The position numbers and the translations under genes are program-made. Shown one piece after another: positions 25,726-37,720 of a DNA stretch of 64,000 bases. Origin of the DNA: Selaginella moellendorffii (taxonomy: Eukaryota; Plantae; Lycopodiophyta); NCBI RefSeq assembly GCF_000143415.4, contig NW_003314291.1, positions 170,674-234,673 on the forward strand, read 5' to 3'. A model generated the notes under the pieces. The model saw only the letters and a program-made list of their open reading frames with translations, made no database searches and was not told the origin of the DNA. Position 1 is the stretch's first letter. Every line of letters begins with the position of its first letter.

Positions 25726-27965
25726 TGCAAAAAGGGATTAGGGCTTTTGCGCCGATTATATGCGAGTTGAGATCCAACGGTGGTGATTGAGAACGAGGAA
25801 AGTGGCGGGAAAGCCATATCGCAATCTGGTAGCTTTTCAAGGTTTTGCTGCGATCGATGGGATTAAATAGAGCCACGTCGAGTTCACAGAACTGTCCATT
25901 TGCAACTGTTTTACTATATCTCAAATCGTGATGTTGCTCATGTGGAAAATGGGAAGGATAATATATTGAAATTATAGAGCCCATCTTTATCTGTAATAAT
26001 ATTTGAAGCAATGTTATAATATAATAATTTGGTGTGCATTGACGTAGATTCTTTTAAAACAGGACACGGTCAAGAAATTGCCTCCCTAAGTTTACAGTTG
26101 ATAAGCAATATTATAATTACTTTTCTGATTATTTTTACATTTGAGAGAATACATGGTTGATAATAATATTCTTGAGAATACACTGATCTTGAAAGAAGAG
26201 CTGATGCGTTTTTGCAAAAAAAATCATAGAAATAGAGAGCAATGATCCAAAGGAAACATTGGATTCATAATGCACATACTAGTGAAACAAAGTTGGATTT
26301 GATTTAGAAATTTTTCCTGTGGCATTAAAATTCAATATTTAGACTACAAGTCAAATTTGCATGGTGTTCAAGATGTTTATAATTTATAAACACAATATTA
26401 ATTTAAATTTATATAATAATTTTGGATTGCTTAAGCAAACCTAGGGAGACTGGGATGGTAGTGGATATACCTAGAATATGCTTAAATATTCTAGGATGTT
26501 CTACCATCTAACGGTTGTTATTCACTTAGATTAATTTTATATTTATAATTTATAAACATGTATATAATTTATAAAGTTTCTTAAACCCTTTTTAGTAATT
26601 CTTTTTTATTCTATTATCTAATGGTTAATATGCAATCGTATTAATCTTGTGTTTATAAATTATAACATGATCATATTTACAGACTTTATTTGATCAATTA
26701 AATTAATAAGTAAGAATAACACTAATATTAAGCAAACCAAGTGTTGCTACATGCAACATATAGCAATTATTTATAATTTACTTGGAAGCTTATAAACTAT
26801 AAACATGTTTATAATTTATAAACACAAGATCTAAAACTGTTAGTAGATAATGGCAGAATATTAAAGCATATTTCAGGTTTATCTTTAGGTTTACTTAAGC
26901 AAAGTTGTGATTTTTAAGAAGGCAATTACCATTTTAAAACAATTATTATACTTCTTATAAATAAAACCTATTAATTTAATAATAAATTATAGTATTAATA
27001 TATATTTAATATATTTTGAAGTTTAAAAATTATATTATCACTATTTAAATATATGAATGTTATATTGGTGACAGCCTTTATCATTAAATAAGCCAGATCT
27101 CCATTTACATAAAAGAATATAGCATAAATTAAAATGATATAAATTTATTATTTAGCTGTTTTATGATGTTTATTGTGCCATAATAATCCTATTTATTATT
27201 GTAAAATATATAAATTTAAATATATATCTAACATAAAATAGGTTTTAAATATTCAAATAAATCCCTTATTTGAAGCCAATTTACTAATCTCAAATTTACA
27301 AGATTGATAGGGATGCTATTTTTGTAAATTGTGTTTTTTTTACATGTAACATGGTAAAATCATTCTCAACACAATATCTTATAATATCACCAATCTTCAA
27401 ATTTTTAGTTAAAATATATTAGATATATAAATAAAATTTTCCACAAGGAAAACGAAAGGAAAATAAATTATTCAAGCTAAAATAAATAAATTTTATATAT
27501 ATATATATATATAGATTAAATATATTTAAACCATCTCAAAGCTTAAACAAATATATAATAAAAATTCTAACACTTAAAAATGTGGTACTTTCATTATTAT
27601 TTTGAAGAATCAAGTTGAGGCATAAAGGAAATTATATAAATATTCTATATGTTTAAATAAATAATATTCTCAAAGATTATTAATTAATTTGCCACCTAAC
27701 AAGATCATCTCAACCACGAACATGATCCATGAGCGCAATAAATCCAGGAGTCAGTGCTCGAGAGATTTCCCCTGTCGTCGAGGACTTTTCATTGAATTTT
27801 TCTTACGTCGCATGTTTTTGGTTTGCTTAATTACAGGATTTTGAGCAGCTCGAAAACACCCACTAAAGCACAATGTTCCACCTTCCAATTCTCGGCTGCT
27901 CAGACACATCCTTGCCCACAAGGCACGAGCAAAACTAATCTCCACACGAACACTTGCCATCGTCA

Positions 27966-30026
27966 TCAACATGAAACCGCTCCACGAAGAACGCTGGAAG
28001 AATCCAGATCCTTGAGCTTGGCCACCATCTCTCGGCGGCTCTCCCGGCTCTGGGGGTGGCGGCCAGCGTCTCCAGCCACGAAGCTATGCACGAGGCCGGA
28101 GTTATCATCCACCACCATCTTCCATGCTCGGGCCTCGCCTCTCATCATCTCCACCTCGTTTTGCTCCTCCCACATCTCCAAGCTCGCGTAGATGTTCGCC
28201 ATGAGAGTGTAGTGCGAGGCGTTTCTCCTGTCCAGCAGCATCAATGCGTTGAAAGCTCGTCTCCCGATCGCAGCGTTCTTCCACTTCCGGCTGGCCGCCA
28301 AGACTGTTCTCCAGGCCAGCACGTTGGCCTCGAAAGGCATCGTCTCCGTGACTCTCACTGCCGCCTCGAGCTCGCCTCCACGACCAAATATGTCGATCAG
28401 GCAAATGTAGTGCTCCATCGCTGGAGCAACGCCGAATCTCGACGGCATGGACGCGAAGTAGCTCTTCCCCCGATCGGTGAGACCTGCGTGGCTGCAAGCC
28501 GTGAGGATGGAGACGAAGGTGACGCCGTCGGGACGCAAGCCATCGTCGTGGATCATCCTCCAGACGCTCTGGAACACGCTATCAGTGTCACCTTGGCGGC
28601 TGTATCCGGCGATGAGAGCGCTCCAGGTGACGAGCGTCCTGGCGGGGAGTGCGTCGAAGAGCTGCTCGGCCTCGACGATGCTGCCGCATTTGCAGTAGAG
28701 ATCCACCAAGCAGTTTGCGAGGAGCTCCTGGCACTCGAGGCCACACTGAGAGGCGAGACCATGGAGCTTCTTCCCGGACTTTAGCGAGCCGGAGCTTCCA
28801 CAGGCCCTGAGCAGCGCAGAGAAGAACGGAGGATCGAGCAGAAGGAGCGTTTGATCCGAGGAGTGGATCATCCTGCCGAAGAACATCTCGAGTGCAACGT
28901 CTGCCTCGCCACTCTCAGCGTAGCCTTGCATGAGAGCCGTCCACAAGACCACGTCTGGAGGCTGCTTCATGCTCTCAAACGCTCGTCTGGCGTCCTCCAT
29001 GCTTCCACACTTGGAGTACATGTCCACGAGCGCGCTGGCGACGAAGCTATCGTTGCAAAACCCAGCCTTGATCGCTCCAGCGTGAATTCTCATCCCCTTC
29101 TCCAGGTGGTCGATCTTCACAAGCTTCCCACCGATGTGATCTGTGGCCTCTTCTTTCGTCGCAAGAAGGCTGCAAGCTTTGAGAGCCGCCATGAAAACTC
29201 TCCCATCTGGAGAGCAGTGGCTTTCCTCGTCGCCGTCTTGGATCATCCGGAAGAAGAGATCCATCGCTAGCTTTGCGTCGCCACACTCGACGTAGCCGAG
29301 CAGCAGGGAAGTCCACGAAACCACGTCTCGAGCGGCCATCCTATCGAAAACCATCCGAGCGTCCAAGGAGCTGCCACACTTCGTATAGATGTCCACGAGA
29401 GCGTTGGTGATGAAAGCGTTGGAGTAGCAGCAGCGAAGCGTGGACACTGCCCGAGAGTGGATCTCCATCGCCGTGCTAAGCGCCCGGACCTTGACGAGCT
29501 TGCCATGGATTCCTTCCGGAGCTTCCCTCGCTGCCAAGCTCGAGCAGGCCTTGAGAGCCGCCACGAAAGCTCTCGAGTCCGGCGATGGTGTTGCAGAGCT
29601 CTCATCCTCCTCACTTCCATCGTCTCTTCTCATCCGGTGGAAGAGCTCCAGCGCGATCTCTCCCCGCCCAGCCTCGGCGTAGCCCAGCATGAGATTGACG
29701 AAGGAGGCGGCGTCGCGGCGGGGCATGGCGTCGAAAACCCTGTGAGCGTCGACGAGGCTGACGCATTTGGCATACATGTAGATGAGAGCTCCGCCCACGC
29801 GAGTGGTGGAGCTGAAGAGCGCGCTGGCGATGGCGTCGCTGTGGAGCCTCTTGCCCCGCTCCAAATCCCTCGACGCTGCGCAAGCCTTGAGCGCCGTGAG
29901 GAGCTCGCGAGCCGCAGGCTTGTAGCTGGCGATGGCATCGCTGTGGAAATCTCTCGCGAGTGAGCGCTCGGCGCAAAGGAATGCGGCAGAGAACTCACCT
30001 CCCAGTCGCTTGGCCCAAAAAATCAT
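27966..30026 (-). CDS. PLS-class pentatricopeptide repeat protein with E/partial E+ domain, no DYW
   Basis: Intronless 686 aa; repeated LVDMYSKCGS..AxxVFDxM..DVVxWTxLxxGY, PDGVTFVSILTACSHAG, EHYICLIDIFGRGG, WRTVLAASR, VHSFVAGD..HP. Confidence 0.95.
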   Translation of the reverse strand: MIFWAKRLGGEFSAAFLCAERSLARDFHSDAIASYKPAARELLTALKACAASRDLERGKRLHSDAIASALFSSTTRVGGALIYMYAKCVSLVDAHRVFDAMPRRDAASFVNLMLGYAEAGRGEIALELFHRMRRDDGSEEDESSATPSPDSRAFVAALKACSSLAAREAPEGIHGKLVKVRALSTAMEIHSRAVSTLRCCYSNAFITNALVDIYTKCGSSLDARMVFDRMAARDVVSWTSLLLGYVECGDAKLAMDLFFRMIQDGDEESHCSPDGRVFMAALKACSLLATKEEATDHIGGKLVKIDHLEKGMRIHAGAIKAGFCNDSFVASALVDMYSKCGSMEDARRAFESMKQPPDVVLWTALMQGYAESGEADVALEMFFGRMIHSSDQTLLLLDPPFFSALLRACGSSGSLKSGKKLHGLASQCGLECQELLANCLVDLYCKCGSIVEAEQLFDALPARTLVTWSALIAGYSRQGDTDSVFQSVWRMIHDDGLRPDGVTFVSILTACSHAGLTDRGKSYFASMPSRFGVAPAMEHYICLIDIFGRGGELEAAVRVTETMPFEANVLAWRTVLAASRKWKNAAIGRRAFNALMLLDRRNASHYTLMANIYASLEMWEEQNEVEMMRGEARAWKMVVDDNSGLVHSFVAGDAGRHPQSRESRREMVAKLKDLDSSSVLRGAVSC

Positions 30027-30149
30027 AACCTAAGAGAGAGGTGAATCTTTTAGGGACCAAGAGCATATTCGTATAAATCGTAGAATATCCTTATTCTCCA
30101 CCCGTCAAAGTCCTTATCGAATGGATTCTAAACAGGGATAGCAACAATA

Positions 30150-30475
30150 AAGCCCTGGTACATCTCTGGACCCGAGGCTGGTACGTAGAAATTCTTGCAA
30201 GGCGCTCTAATCATCTGTTTCCTCCCATGCAGCGAATCTCCCGACTGGAGCATTCTCTAAGCAGCTGGCAGAGAAAGTTTGCGGGATTTCCCTAGGGCTG
30301 GGCCGAGGCTTGTTTGGGATGGTGACAAACGTCGGCTGGAATCCATACTTTTGACAATGCAGAGAAAACAGTGGTAAGTCTTATGTTTGCTAGGAAGAAA
30401 GCTCAATTAGTACCACTACAGGAACCCTGGCCATTGCAAAGAAGATTTCTATGGAGAGGAACTCCAGTGCCGGAA
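30150..30475 (+). pseudogene. Riboflavin kinase domain fragment
   Basis: PWYISGP / ANLPTGAFSKQLAEKVCGISLGW / GMVTNVGWNPY(F)DNAEKTV / EPW..EDFYGEEL with retained introns and frameshifts. Confidence 0.75.
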
Positions 30476-31003
30476 GTGCCTATTTCACGATGAAATGATT
30501 TTAAATGGAAATAACAGTTCTTTTGACGAACTTGGGACATATCACACACTCTTAGCATTTTCTTGTGTGTTATTTACTGCTCCTTAAGATCCACAAGTTT
30601 AAAGCTCTAGCAGAACAAAGCGATCTCCTCCAATCGTTTCAACGAATCGCTGGAAAGAGTAGTCGCTGAGCTTTTCCAACGAAAGTCAATACAAAGTCAA
30701 ACATGACAATGACTTTGAGACTTAACGTAGAATTTCGCGATTCTTATGTTTCCATTCGAGGGAGAGCAACACGGCCTGGATCTTAAATACGAGCCGAGAT
30801 CCAAATCCATGCCTGCCAGTGTAGCCCCTTCCCTCCTCCTACAACCTTCAGCGAAAAAATTCCAGCTCGATTTCTTAGGGAGCAAGCGCATGCATTTACA
30901 GTGGCAAGAGTATCGGTCGCCTGCTCTTCCACGGAGCATAGCTCCGCACACACAATAAGAACAAGATGTCTGAAATAATCTTGAAAAGGTTTCAATTTCA
31001 ATT

Positions 31004-32272
31004 TCATCTAGTATAAATGGTAACCGGAATGTTGGCCACACATGTTGCTAGCTCTTGGAGCTCACTATGGTGGGCCTCATTCCCAAACAAGACAATACTT
31101 TGCAAAGCTGGGCAGGACTGCACAAACTTATCCAGCAAGACACGGAATTGTAATGGTTTGCCGCAGAATACGTCTAAACACACCTTCCTCAGCCTCGGAA
31201 GTTCTTGAATCTCACTTGGAAAACCCCTGCCGCATTGGCATCTGCTTCCAAAACAGCTGAGGATCAACTCCTGGCACTCCTTAAACTGTTCCAACACAAA
31301 CACCGCCCATGCGACCTCATGAGGACAAGATCGTCGACAGAATGGTCCATTGCACTCCAACCTCATAGCTTTGAAATGCATCCTTTCCATAGCGGCAACT
31401 GTCGTCTCCAGCGCACCCAATCTAAACGCAAGAGTTTCCAATGCGTTACATACAAGCTTAAGCACCCCGGGTACCCTCTCCGACTCCACAAATGTCTCAC
31501 AGTAGCCAAGCGACAGCTTCTTCAGGCGCGGAGCTCTCATCTTGAGCCTCTCGCAGTCACCAATGCAAGCGGTCTCTAGATTGGGAAGGTCCAACTCGAT
31601 CAGGCCGCCCTCGCTGTCTGGCGTTTGAAGGCTCAACACTCTCAGGCTTGATGACGATAGGGAGCCGCAGAAGCCCAACACGTTTGCCGATAGCTCTTCA
31701 AGCGCTGGGCATGCAGGCAGGAGCTCTGTCACGAGGTCTAGACCAAGCACATTATCAAAGCTGCAACGTGCGAGAGCTGGAAATGTGAGGCTTAGCGGAG
31801 CCTTTCTGCGGTACATGAGCTCCTTGCCCATGGGCACAAAGCAAAGCCTGTAAAACCTCACGAACTTGAGCTTGGGACACGACTTGGAGACCAGCTCTAG
31901 ATCAAAGCAGCTGTACGGCGTGTACTCGTTGTTCTCAATCGTGAGCTCCTCCAGAGTGGCTGCAATGCTTGTGATCCATGAGTAGTTCATGTGTAGAGAG
32001 GAATTGTATATGTGAATGAGGAGCTTTCGGATGGATTGATGCACCAGCTTGAAACCCATGCCTCGTGGCTTGAGATTGATTGATACGAGACCAACCTCCT
32101 CCTTGGCAATTCTGTGCCACCTCTTGCTCACCAGAGCGTACATGATGTTGTGACGCGTGCCAGGAAACTTGGTATGGGGTACCTTGTCCAGGATGAGCGC
32201 AAGAACAGCGTCCGGTAGGCTGTCAATGGTGGTGCCCTGATCGCCAGGAAGATCTGGACCTTGGACGTCCAT
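31004..32272 (-). CDS. F-box/LRR-like protein
   Basis: IDSLPDAVLALILDKVP...ALVSKRW F-box; repeated CPxLxxL LRR-like units; intronless 422 aa. Confidence 0.85.
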   Translation of the reverse strand: MDVQGPDLPGDQGTTIDSLPDAVLALILDKVPHTKFPGTRHNIMYALVSKRWHRIAKEEVGLVSINLKPRGMGFKLVHQSIRKLLIHIYNSSLHMNYSWITSIAATLEELTIENNEYTPYSCFDLELVSKSCPKLKFVRFYRLCFVPMGKELMYRRKAPLSLTFPALARCSFDNVLGLDLVTELLPACPALEELSANVLGFCGSLSSSSLRVLSLQTPDSEGGLIELDLPNLETACIGDCERLKMRAPRLKKLSLGYCETFVESERVPGVLKLVCNALETLAFRLGALETTVAAMERMHFKAMRLECNGPFCRRSCPHEVAWAVFVLEQFKECQELILSCFGSRCQCGRGFPSEIQELPRLRKVCLDVFCGKPLQFRVLLDKFVQSCPALQSIVLFGNEAHHSELQELATCVANIPVTIYTR

Positions 32273-32464
32273 CCGGTTAGAATTTCCCTAGCCACGATCC
32301 TTTATCCTTTATCCTTTATCCTTTATAGCGTCGCTAAATATTAATTACACTGCCAACACAGTTGTCCAGTTTGCGATGGGCGCGGGCGCGGGGGGATCTT
32401 GATCGCGGCCGCGGGGGCAATCGTGGGCGCGGGGGGAGGCACGGTGATCTTGATCCCGGGGTGA

Positions 32465-33628
32465 TTGGAGCGGATCGTGGCCCCATTCGTGGGCGTGAGG
32501 ATGATTTTGACCGCGGCAATGATCTCCGTGGCCAGCGTGGCGAGATTGGAGCTCAGGGCAGGCGTGGGCGTGGCGCAGGCCAGCGCGGCGGGATTGCAGC
32601 TCAGGGCCGTGGGGGAGGGCGTGAAGCTGGCCATCATCCGAAATTCCTTGTGTTCCAAGGATGGATCTTGTCAGGTTTGTGAGAACCTAGTCATTGGCGA
32701 TATGCAGGAGAAAAATGTCTGGATCAGTGAGGGAAGCTTGTGCTGGGTGAAGGTCGATGACGGGATGCTGGGGGAATTCGTACTTGGAAGTCCAGCAGAT
32801 CTCTTCTACGTGGTGATAATGAAGGAAACAGATCTCTCCCCAAACAAAATGCCTCCTCCAAGTGATGCATGCGACCTTGCTGGGGGCTGCCAGATCCACG
32901 AGGGTGCCCTTCTCCACAAGATTCCGGATGAGATCGAGAAGGTGGCGGGTGCAGCATATGAGGACGAGATGTGCTTCATATCCTTTGGAGACATCGCAGC
33001 TATGGAAGCTGACAAGGTGGTGAAGCTGCGGTCCAGTGCTGGAGTGACTCTGGCTGTCAGTTCCGAGTGTCTGCTCCAGTATCTTCAGCTAGAATTCGAG
33101 CGAGGTGTGGGACTATTGGAGGTCGAGATACACAAGGTGGGACGACTGACCAAAGGGATGTGGCTGGCCTCTCTTGTTCGCAGCAACGCGGATGCCGATG
33201 GCTTCTCGAGGCTCTACTTTGTATGGACGGCGGCAAATCGAGCTCACCTGGAATCAAAGAGGGAGCTGGAGGCAAACCAGGAGCTCTACATGAAGGTGCT
33301 GGCTTTCATCAAGGACCTCGAGCTATACAGCCGAAACAAAGGTTCGGAAGAGAGGATCAACAGCCATCCGCCAACAGCTGCAGCCTTCTTCTTGGAGTCG
33401 AGGACCTTGAATGCCATGGTGTCCACAAAGGGAGTCCCAATGCAAGCGGCGCTGGAACAAAAGTTTCGGTCATCGCCAGACCTCTTGGGCATCTGCCTGC
33501 ATTCCACGGTCGTGCCTGAGCTCAGGAGGCTCTTCTCAATCCCAAGGGAGGTGACAGAGAGTAAGATGGCCAAGGACTTCCATGTGAAGCTCTCGAAGTC
33601 CATGCCTTGGAGGCGGCAAGCGATCTGA
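32465..33628 (+). CDS. Hypothetical protein (start uncertain; ATG at 32499 or 32702)
   Basis: Long open frame with coding-like composition; no family recognised. Confidence 0.55.
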   Translation: MERIVAPFVGVRMILTAAMISVASVARLELRAGVGVAQASAAGLQLRAVGEGVKLAIIRNSLCSKDGSCQVCENLVIGDMQEKNVWISEGSLCWVKVDDGMLGEFVLGSPADLFYVVIMKETDLSPNKMPPPSDACDLAGGCQIHEGALLHKIPDEIEKVAGAAYEDEMCFISFGDIAAMEADKVVKLRSSAGVTLAVSSECLLQYLQLEFERGVGLLEVEIHKVGRLTKGMWLASLVRSNADADGFSRLYFVWTAANRAHLESKRELEANQELYMKVLAFIKDLELYSRNKGSEERINSHPPTAAAFFLESRTLNAMVSTKGVPMQAALEQKFRSSPDLLGICLHSTVVPELRRLFSIPREVTESKMAKDFHVKLSKSMPWRRQAI

Positions 33629-34045
33629 ACGCTTCCTCTGCCGGTGCTCTACTTCCTGGATCACATCAGTCAAATAAGTGATGGTCTCACAGTTGACAGT
33701 AAGTTCCTTTTCGACTTCTCCTTACGTTTTGGGACAACGCTTTGCAATCGTTTGGCATTAATGTTTACCACGGCTCTGGAACTAGAACAAACATCAAGTA
33801 AGTGTAAGTGCGTGTAATTTCCTTGATGTTGTCTGTGATTCCCACTTGGCCTAGGTACCCGCTGCAAGCTTGGAAATTCTCGTGACTCGGAAGGTTTTCT
33901 TTTGAACAGAGGATCCACGCACGGATCCTGGAGAGCAGCTAATACCGTCTCAAACCGCCTTTTCCCTTTGAAATTTGAAACGGGGAATATGCCTCCCACC
34001 GTTGGTTTTTAGGGCGAGAGGAAGGGCAAGGGCTAGCAAGAGGGA

Positions 34046-34864
34046 ATGTGGAGCTACGTGTTGTCGGACCCAGATGCGCCACACTCGATCAACATCGGCC
34101 AGGTGAGCTTGGATCCCAGTGGGCTTGCCGAGTTCGTGGAGATGCAGCACCAAGAGGGCGTTTGCCTGGACGAGCTGGCCATTCCCAGCAGCCCGCCCCT
34201 GCCCTTGACCCCGGCACTGTGGCGCTCGCATCTCCACAAGGGCAACCCGCAGGCGTGCAGATTCGAGGCGCTCTACGCGTGCTGGAGCAGCTCGCATCGA
34301 GAGCACACGGCGTGCAAGCAGCAGCTCCGGTCGCCCGGCTCCAAGAGCGTGTTTTTCAAGCTCCTGGCATTTGTGGCGGACCTGGTGGACTACGAGCACG
34401 CGAGAGGTGCCCAGGAGCGTATCGGTTACATGCTTCCCACCGCCGCGGGCTTGCTCAAATCCCCGCTCTACTTCACCGCCCAGGAGAGCTCGCTGCTCGA
34501 GAGCTTTGTGTCGCCGAGCGGTGCGAGCGTGGCGGAAGCGGTTGCTCGCAAGTTTGAGTCGATGCCACTGCTGCAGGGAGTGTGCACCGCGCATGTCTTG
34601 GCGCCGCTCCTCAAGAGGCTGTTTTGCATCGACGATGGCTGCTTTGGGAAGGAGTTTAGCGAGTTTCGGCAGGGATTCAACAAGGGGACGCTTGCCATGG
34701 TCCAGCAGCGGAGAAAGGAGCTCCAGGATTTCTTGGAGACGAGCGTGAAGCCGTCTAGCCAGTCAGGCAAGCAAGGAAAGAGCAATGCGAAGCTGCAAAA
34801 GATCGCAAGTAAGGAAGAAGGGAAATCTTCCAGAGATGCGAAGAAAAAGAACAGGAAACGCTAG
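34046..34864 (+). CDS. Hypothetical protein with basic C-terminal tail (NLS-like KKKNRKR)
   Basis: 272-aa ATG-initiated ORF with GC3-rich codons; no family recognised. Confidence 0.55.
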   Translation: MWSYVLSDPDAPHSINIGQVSLDPSGLAEFVEMQHQEGVCLDELAIPSSPPLPLTPALWRSHLHKGNPQACRFEALYACWSSSHREHTACKQQLRSPGSKSVFFKLLAFVADLVDYEHARGAQERIGYMLPTAAGLLKSPLYFTAQESSLLESFVSPSGASVAEAVARKFESMPLLQGVCTAHVLAPLLKRLFCIDDGCFGKEFSEFRQGFNKGTLAMVQQRRKELQDFLETSVKPSSQSGKQGKSNAKLQKIASKEEGKSSRDAKKKNRKR

Positions 34865-35155
34865 CTAGATTTACTCTTGTGGAGCTTTGCTCGGGTCTCC
34901 TGGCTCCGGGGGTGGCCGCCAGCATCTCCAGCCACGAAGCTATGCACGAGGCCGGAGTTATCATCCGACCACCACCTTTGCCCGTGTTGCCTCCACGCTC
35001 GAGCCTCGCCTCTCATCATCTCCACCTCGTTTTGTTCCTCCCACATCTCCAAGCTCGCGTAGATGTTCGCCATGACAGTGTAGTGCGAGGCGTTTCTCCT
35101 GTCCAGCATCAATGCGTTGAAAGCTCGTCTCCCGATTGCAGCGTTCTTCCACTTT
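34865..35155 (-). pseudogene. Duplicated PPR E-domain tail
   Basis: Nearly identical to 28040-28290 (RRNASHYTxMANIYASLEMWEEQNEVEMMRGEARAW). Confidence 0.9.
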
Positions 35156-35164
35156 ACTTGAGAC

Positions 35165-37720
35165 TTGTAAAGCTCACCGATGATACGTTTAGCATGAGAG
35201 ACCAGAGCTTCGAACGTTTAAAATTTGAAGCTGTTTTGTGACTTAAAAATTTTGGTTGGACTAACAAGCAATCACGGGCAGGTTGAATATGGTCTGAAGG
35301 CTGGAACAACTGACAACTCGTACGTTATCAAAGGTTCAAAGGGCACGGTTCTTATAGACGTGCCTGATCAAGGATTCACCAAAGCTCATGTGGAGGCTTA
35401 TCTCAAGCTGTCGATATGGAAAATCTAAGGTATCTGATATTGGGACACATCAGTCCAAAACGACTGCAGACGTTGATCGCAATCGGAGAGGCACTGCCCC
35501 AAACTGGTTCATGCTTTCCTGATTCGTCGCTATCTAAATTGAAAACTGGAATTTGCAGTGTTGCCCTTGCAGGTTTACTGCTCCAATCCTGCTGCCGTGC
35601 AGCTTGTGTCATCTTTACCAGAAGATTTTCGAGCAAAGACTCTGTCTATCAAAGCCGTGAAGCCCGGGGATACTCTGGAAATGGTGAGTCTGTCTAATTA
35701 ATGGTTGTTTGCTCTATGTTCACTCATCAGGCGACTAACAAGCAGGTCATAAGTTGCAGTTTGTTCTTACACCAACTCCAAGATGGCCCGATGGAATGTG
35801 CACATATGACCCTTCAAGCCAGTTGCTATTTACACAGAAACTATTCAGGTATCTTGAACCCCAATGTCATCTTTGCAGGTAATACGGCCTAATAATTTGC
35901 TCTTGGCAGTGCATATATATGCACCGAGAATGACTTTGATATTGGAGGCTGGGAAGCATATGGAGAACACTGGAGGTATTTCTACGAGTGCATGCTTGGT
36001 CCCGTTGCAAAGCAGGTATCTGCATCAAGTTTCATGCAGTAACTCATGCAAAGACTTGCTTTATACAGGCAAAAGCTGCTCTTCGGAAGCTGCCTATAGC
36101 GGCACAGTTCTCACCACCTAGCTATGCTGGAAAATCAGGCATCGACATAATAAAGGTTTGTAGACGACCTAAAATTTCAGATGTGTCTTTACCTAGCTTA
36201 CTTGCAGGCGGATACCAAGTATATTCTTTCGACTGTGCTGAGCTTCCCAATTGGTGCATCTGCGGCCTTGGCAAAGACTACTAGCGATAAAAGCGATGCT
36301 TTTGTTGTGTCAGCTATTTGTCCACTACATGGGCCTATTGTTCGCTCAACAGTGACTGAGCTTGTTCGAGAATATCGAGCTGTAAGATGTATAGACCACC
36401 ATCTCCTTCCTGCTAACAAAATATTGCAGTGGACAAGAGAGAAAATCAAGCAAGTAGACGATGGTTTGGTCGCAGTCATATATGCATCTGCTTATGGAAA
36501 TACTGCTGCTCTGGCTCAAGCCATCAGGTAAGCCTCATTGGCGCCTTATTGGAAAGTTATTGACATTAATTATGCTTCACCGGCTCAGTCGTGGCATATC
36601 CAAGGCTGGTTTGGGCGTGGAATCTCTAAACACGGAGCAGTGTGAACCTGAGGAGGTCACTGATCTTATAGAACGTTGTAATGCGTTCGTAATAGGTAGT
36701 CCCACCCTTGCTGGGCACATGCCTACTCCTATCCAGGTCTGTATATTTCAACTTTTGGGGCTTTTGGTCTAATTATCCGATCCTGAAGAACGCACTTGGG
36801 CTCATTCTAAAAGAAACTGCTGCGAGAGCAAAACCATGTGGAGTCTTTGGATCGTTTGACTGGAGCGGGGAAGCGGTTGATGAATTAGAGCAAAGGCTGA
36901 AGGATGCTGGATTTTCGTTTGCTTTTCCCGCCATAAGATGCAAATTTAAGGTGGAACTGCATCCCGTAAGTTGCTCCGCTAAATTTTTTCTGATAAATCC
37001 AGCCCACGGAAGCCACCCTTCAAATATGCGAGGAAAGTGGAACGGACATAGCCCAAGCCGTGAAGCGCTCAAAGGTCAAGAAAAAGGACAAAATTTCTTC
37101 ATAGTACGTTCTAGCATCATCCGTTGAACAGGTGCGACTCTTCTTTAATTTTAATAGTACATAACTAAACTTGGGTTGCTATGTTCGGAAGAGTAGTCGG
37201 TGCACTTTGTGTGCTGTCTGCGAAAAGTGGTGATGTTGGCTTCGTGGGTGAGTCAAGCTCGTTTTGTTCCACCTGGCTTGACAATAGCGGTAAATGACAA
37301 GTGCTCCTGAACCTGCGGAGGATGCAACTAATCCAATTGCTACCCTGTAGGTTGCAAAGGATAGAGCACTTGAAAGCTTGGTGCTACCAGGAGCAAAATT
37401 CGTTATCAATGTTCTTGGAGAAGGTAAAGCTAGTCCAATAAGCCGGCAACTTTTGAAGCCGTTTAAGCCTGGAGAGCCCCGATTCGGCGATCTTAAAACA
37501 AAGGACGCCAGCAATGGGGGAAAGATTCTGGTAGACGCAGTAAGTACATTCGAGCTTCAACTGGCAAAGGAAATGTCATATCTTATGTCCATGTCCACTT
37601 TTGTACTCAGATCGCGTGGTTGGAGTGCAAAGTCGAAAGCCGGATGGAGGCTGGAGACCACTGGCTACTGTATGCTATTGCAGAAAATGGCGAATTACAG
37701 GTGATATCTGTAGCATCGTG
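35165..37720 (+). pseudogene. FLVA: Flavodiiron protein (class C, Flv1/FLVA-type), 5'-truncated and frameshifted
   Basis: ERLKFE/VEYGLKAGTTDNSYVI, LGHISPKR, PTPRWP, ICPLHGP, VIYASAYGNT, GSPTLAGH, FGSFDWSGEA, flavin reductase VAKDRA..GDHW; frameshifts at ~35398 and ~37232; no transit peptide. Confidence 0.85.

Noticed and set aside
28056-29998. Multiple overlapping ORFs on both strands within the PPR gene
   Set aside because: Shadow frames of a GC-rich intronless CDS.
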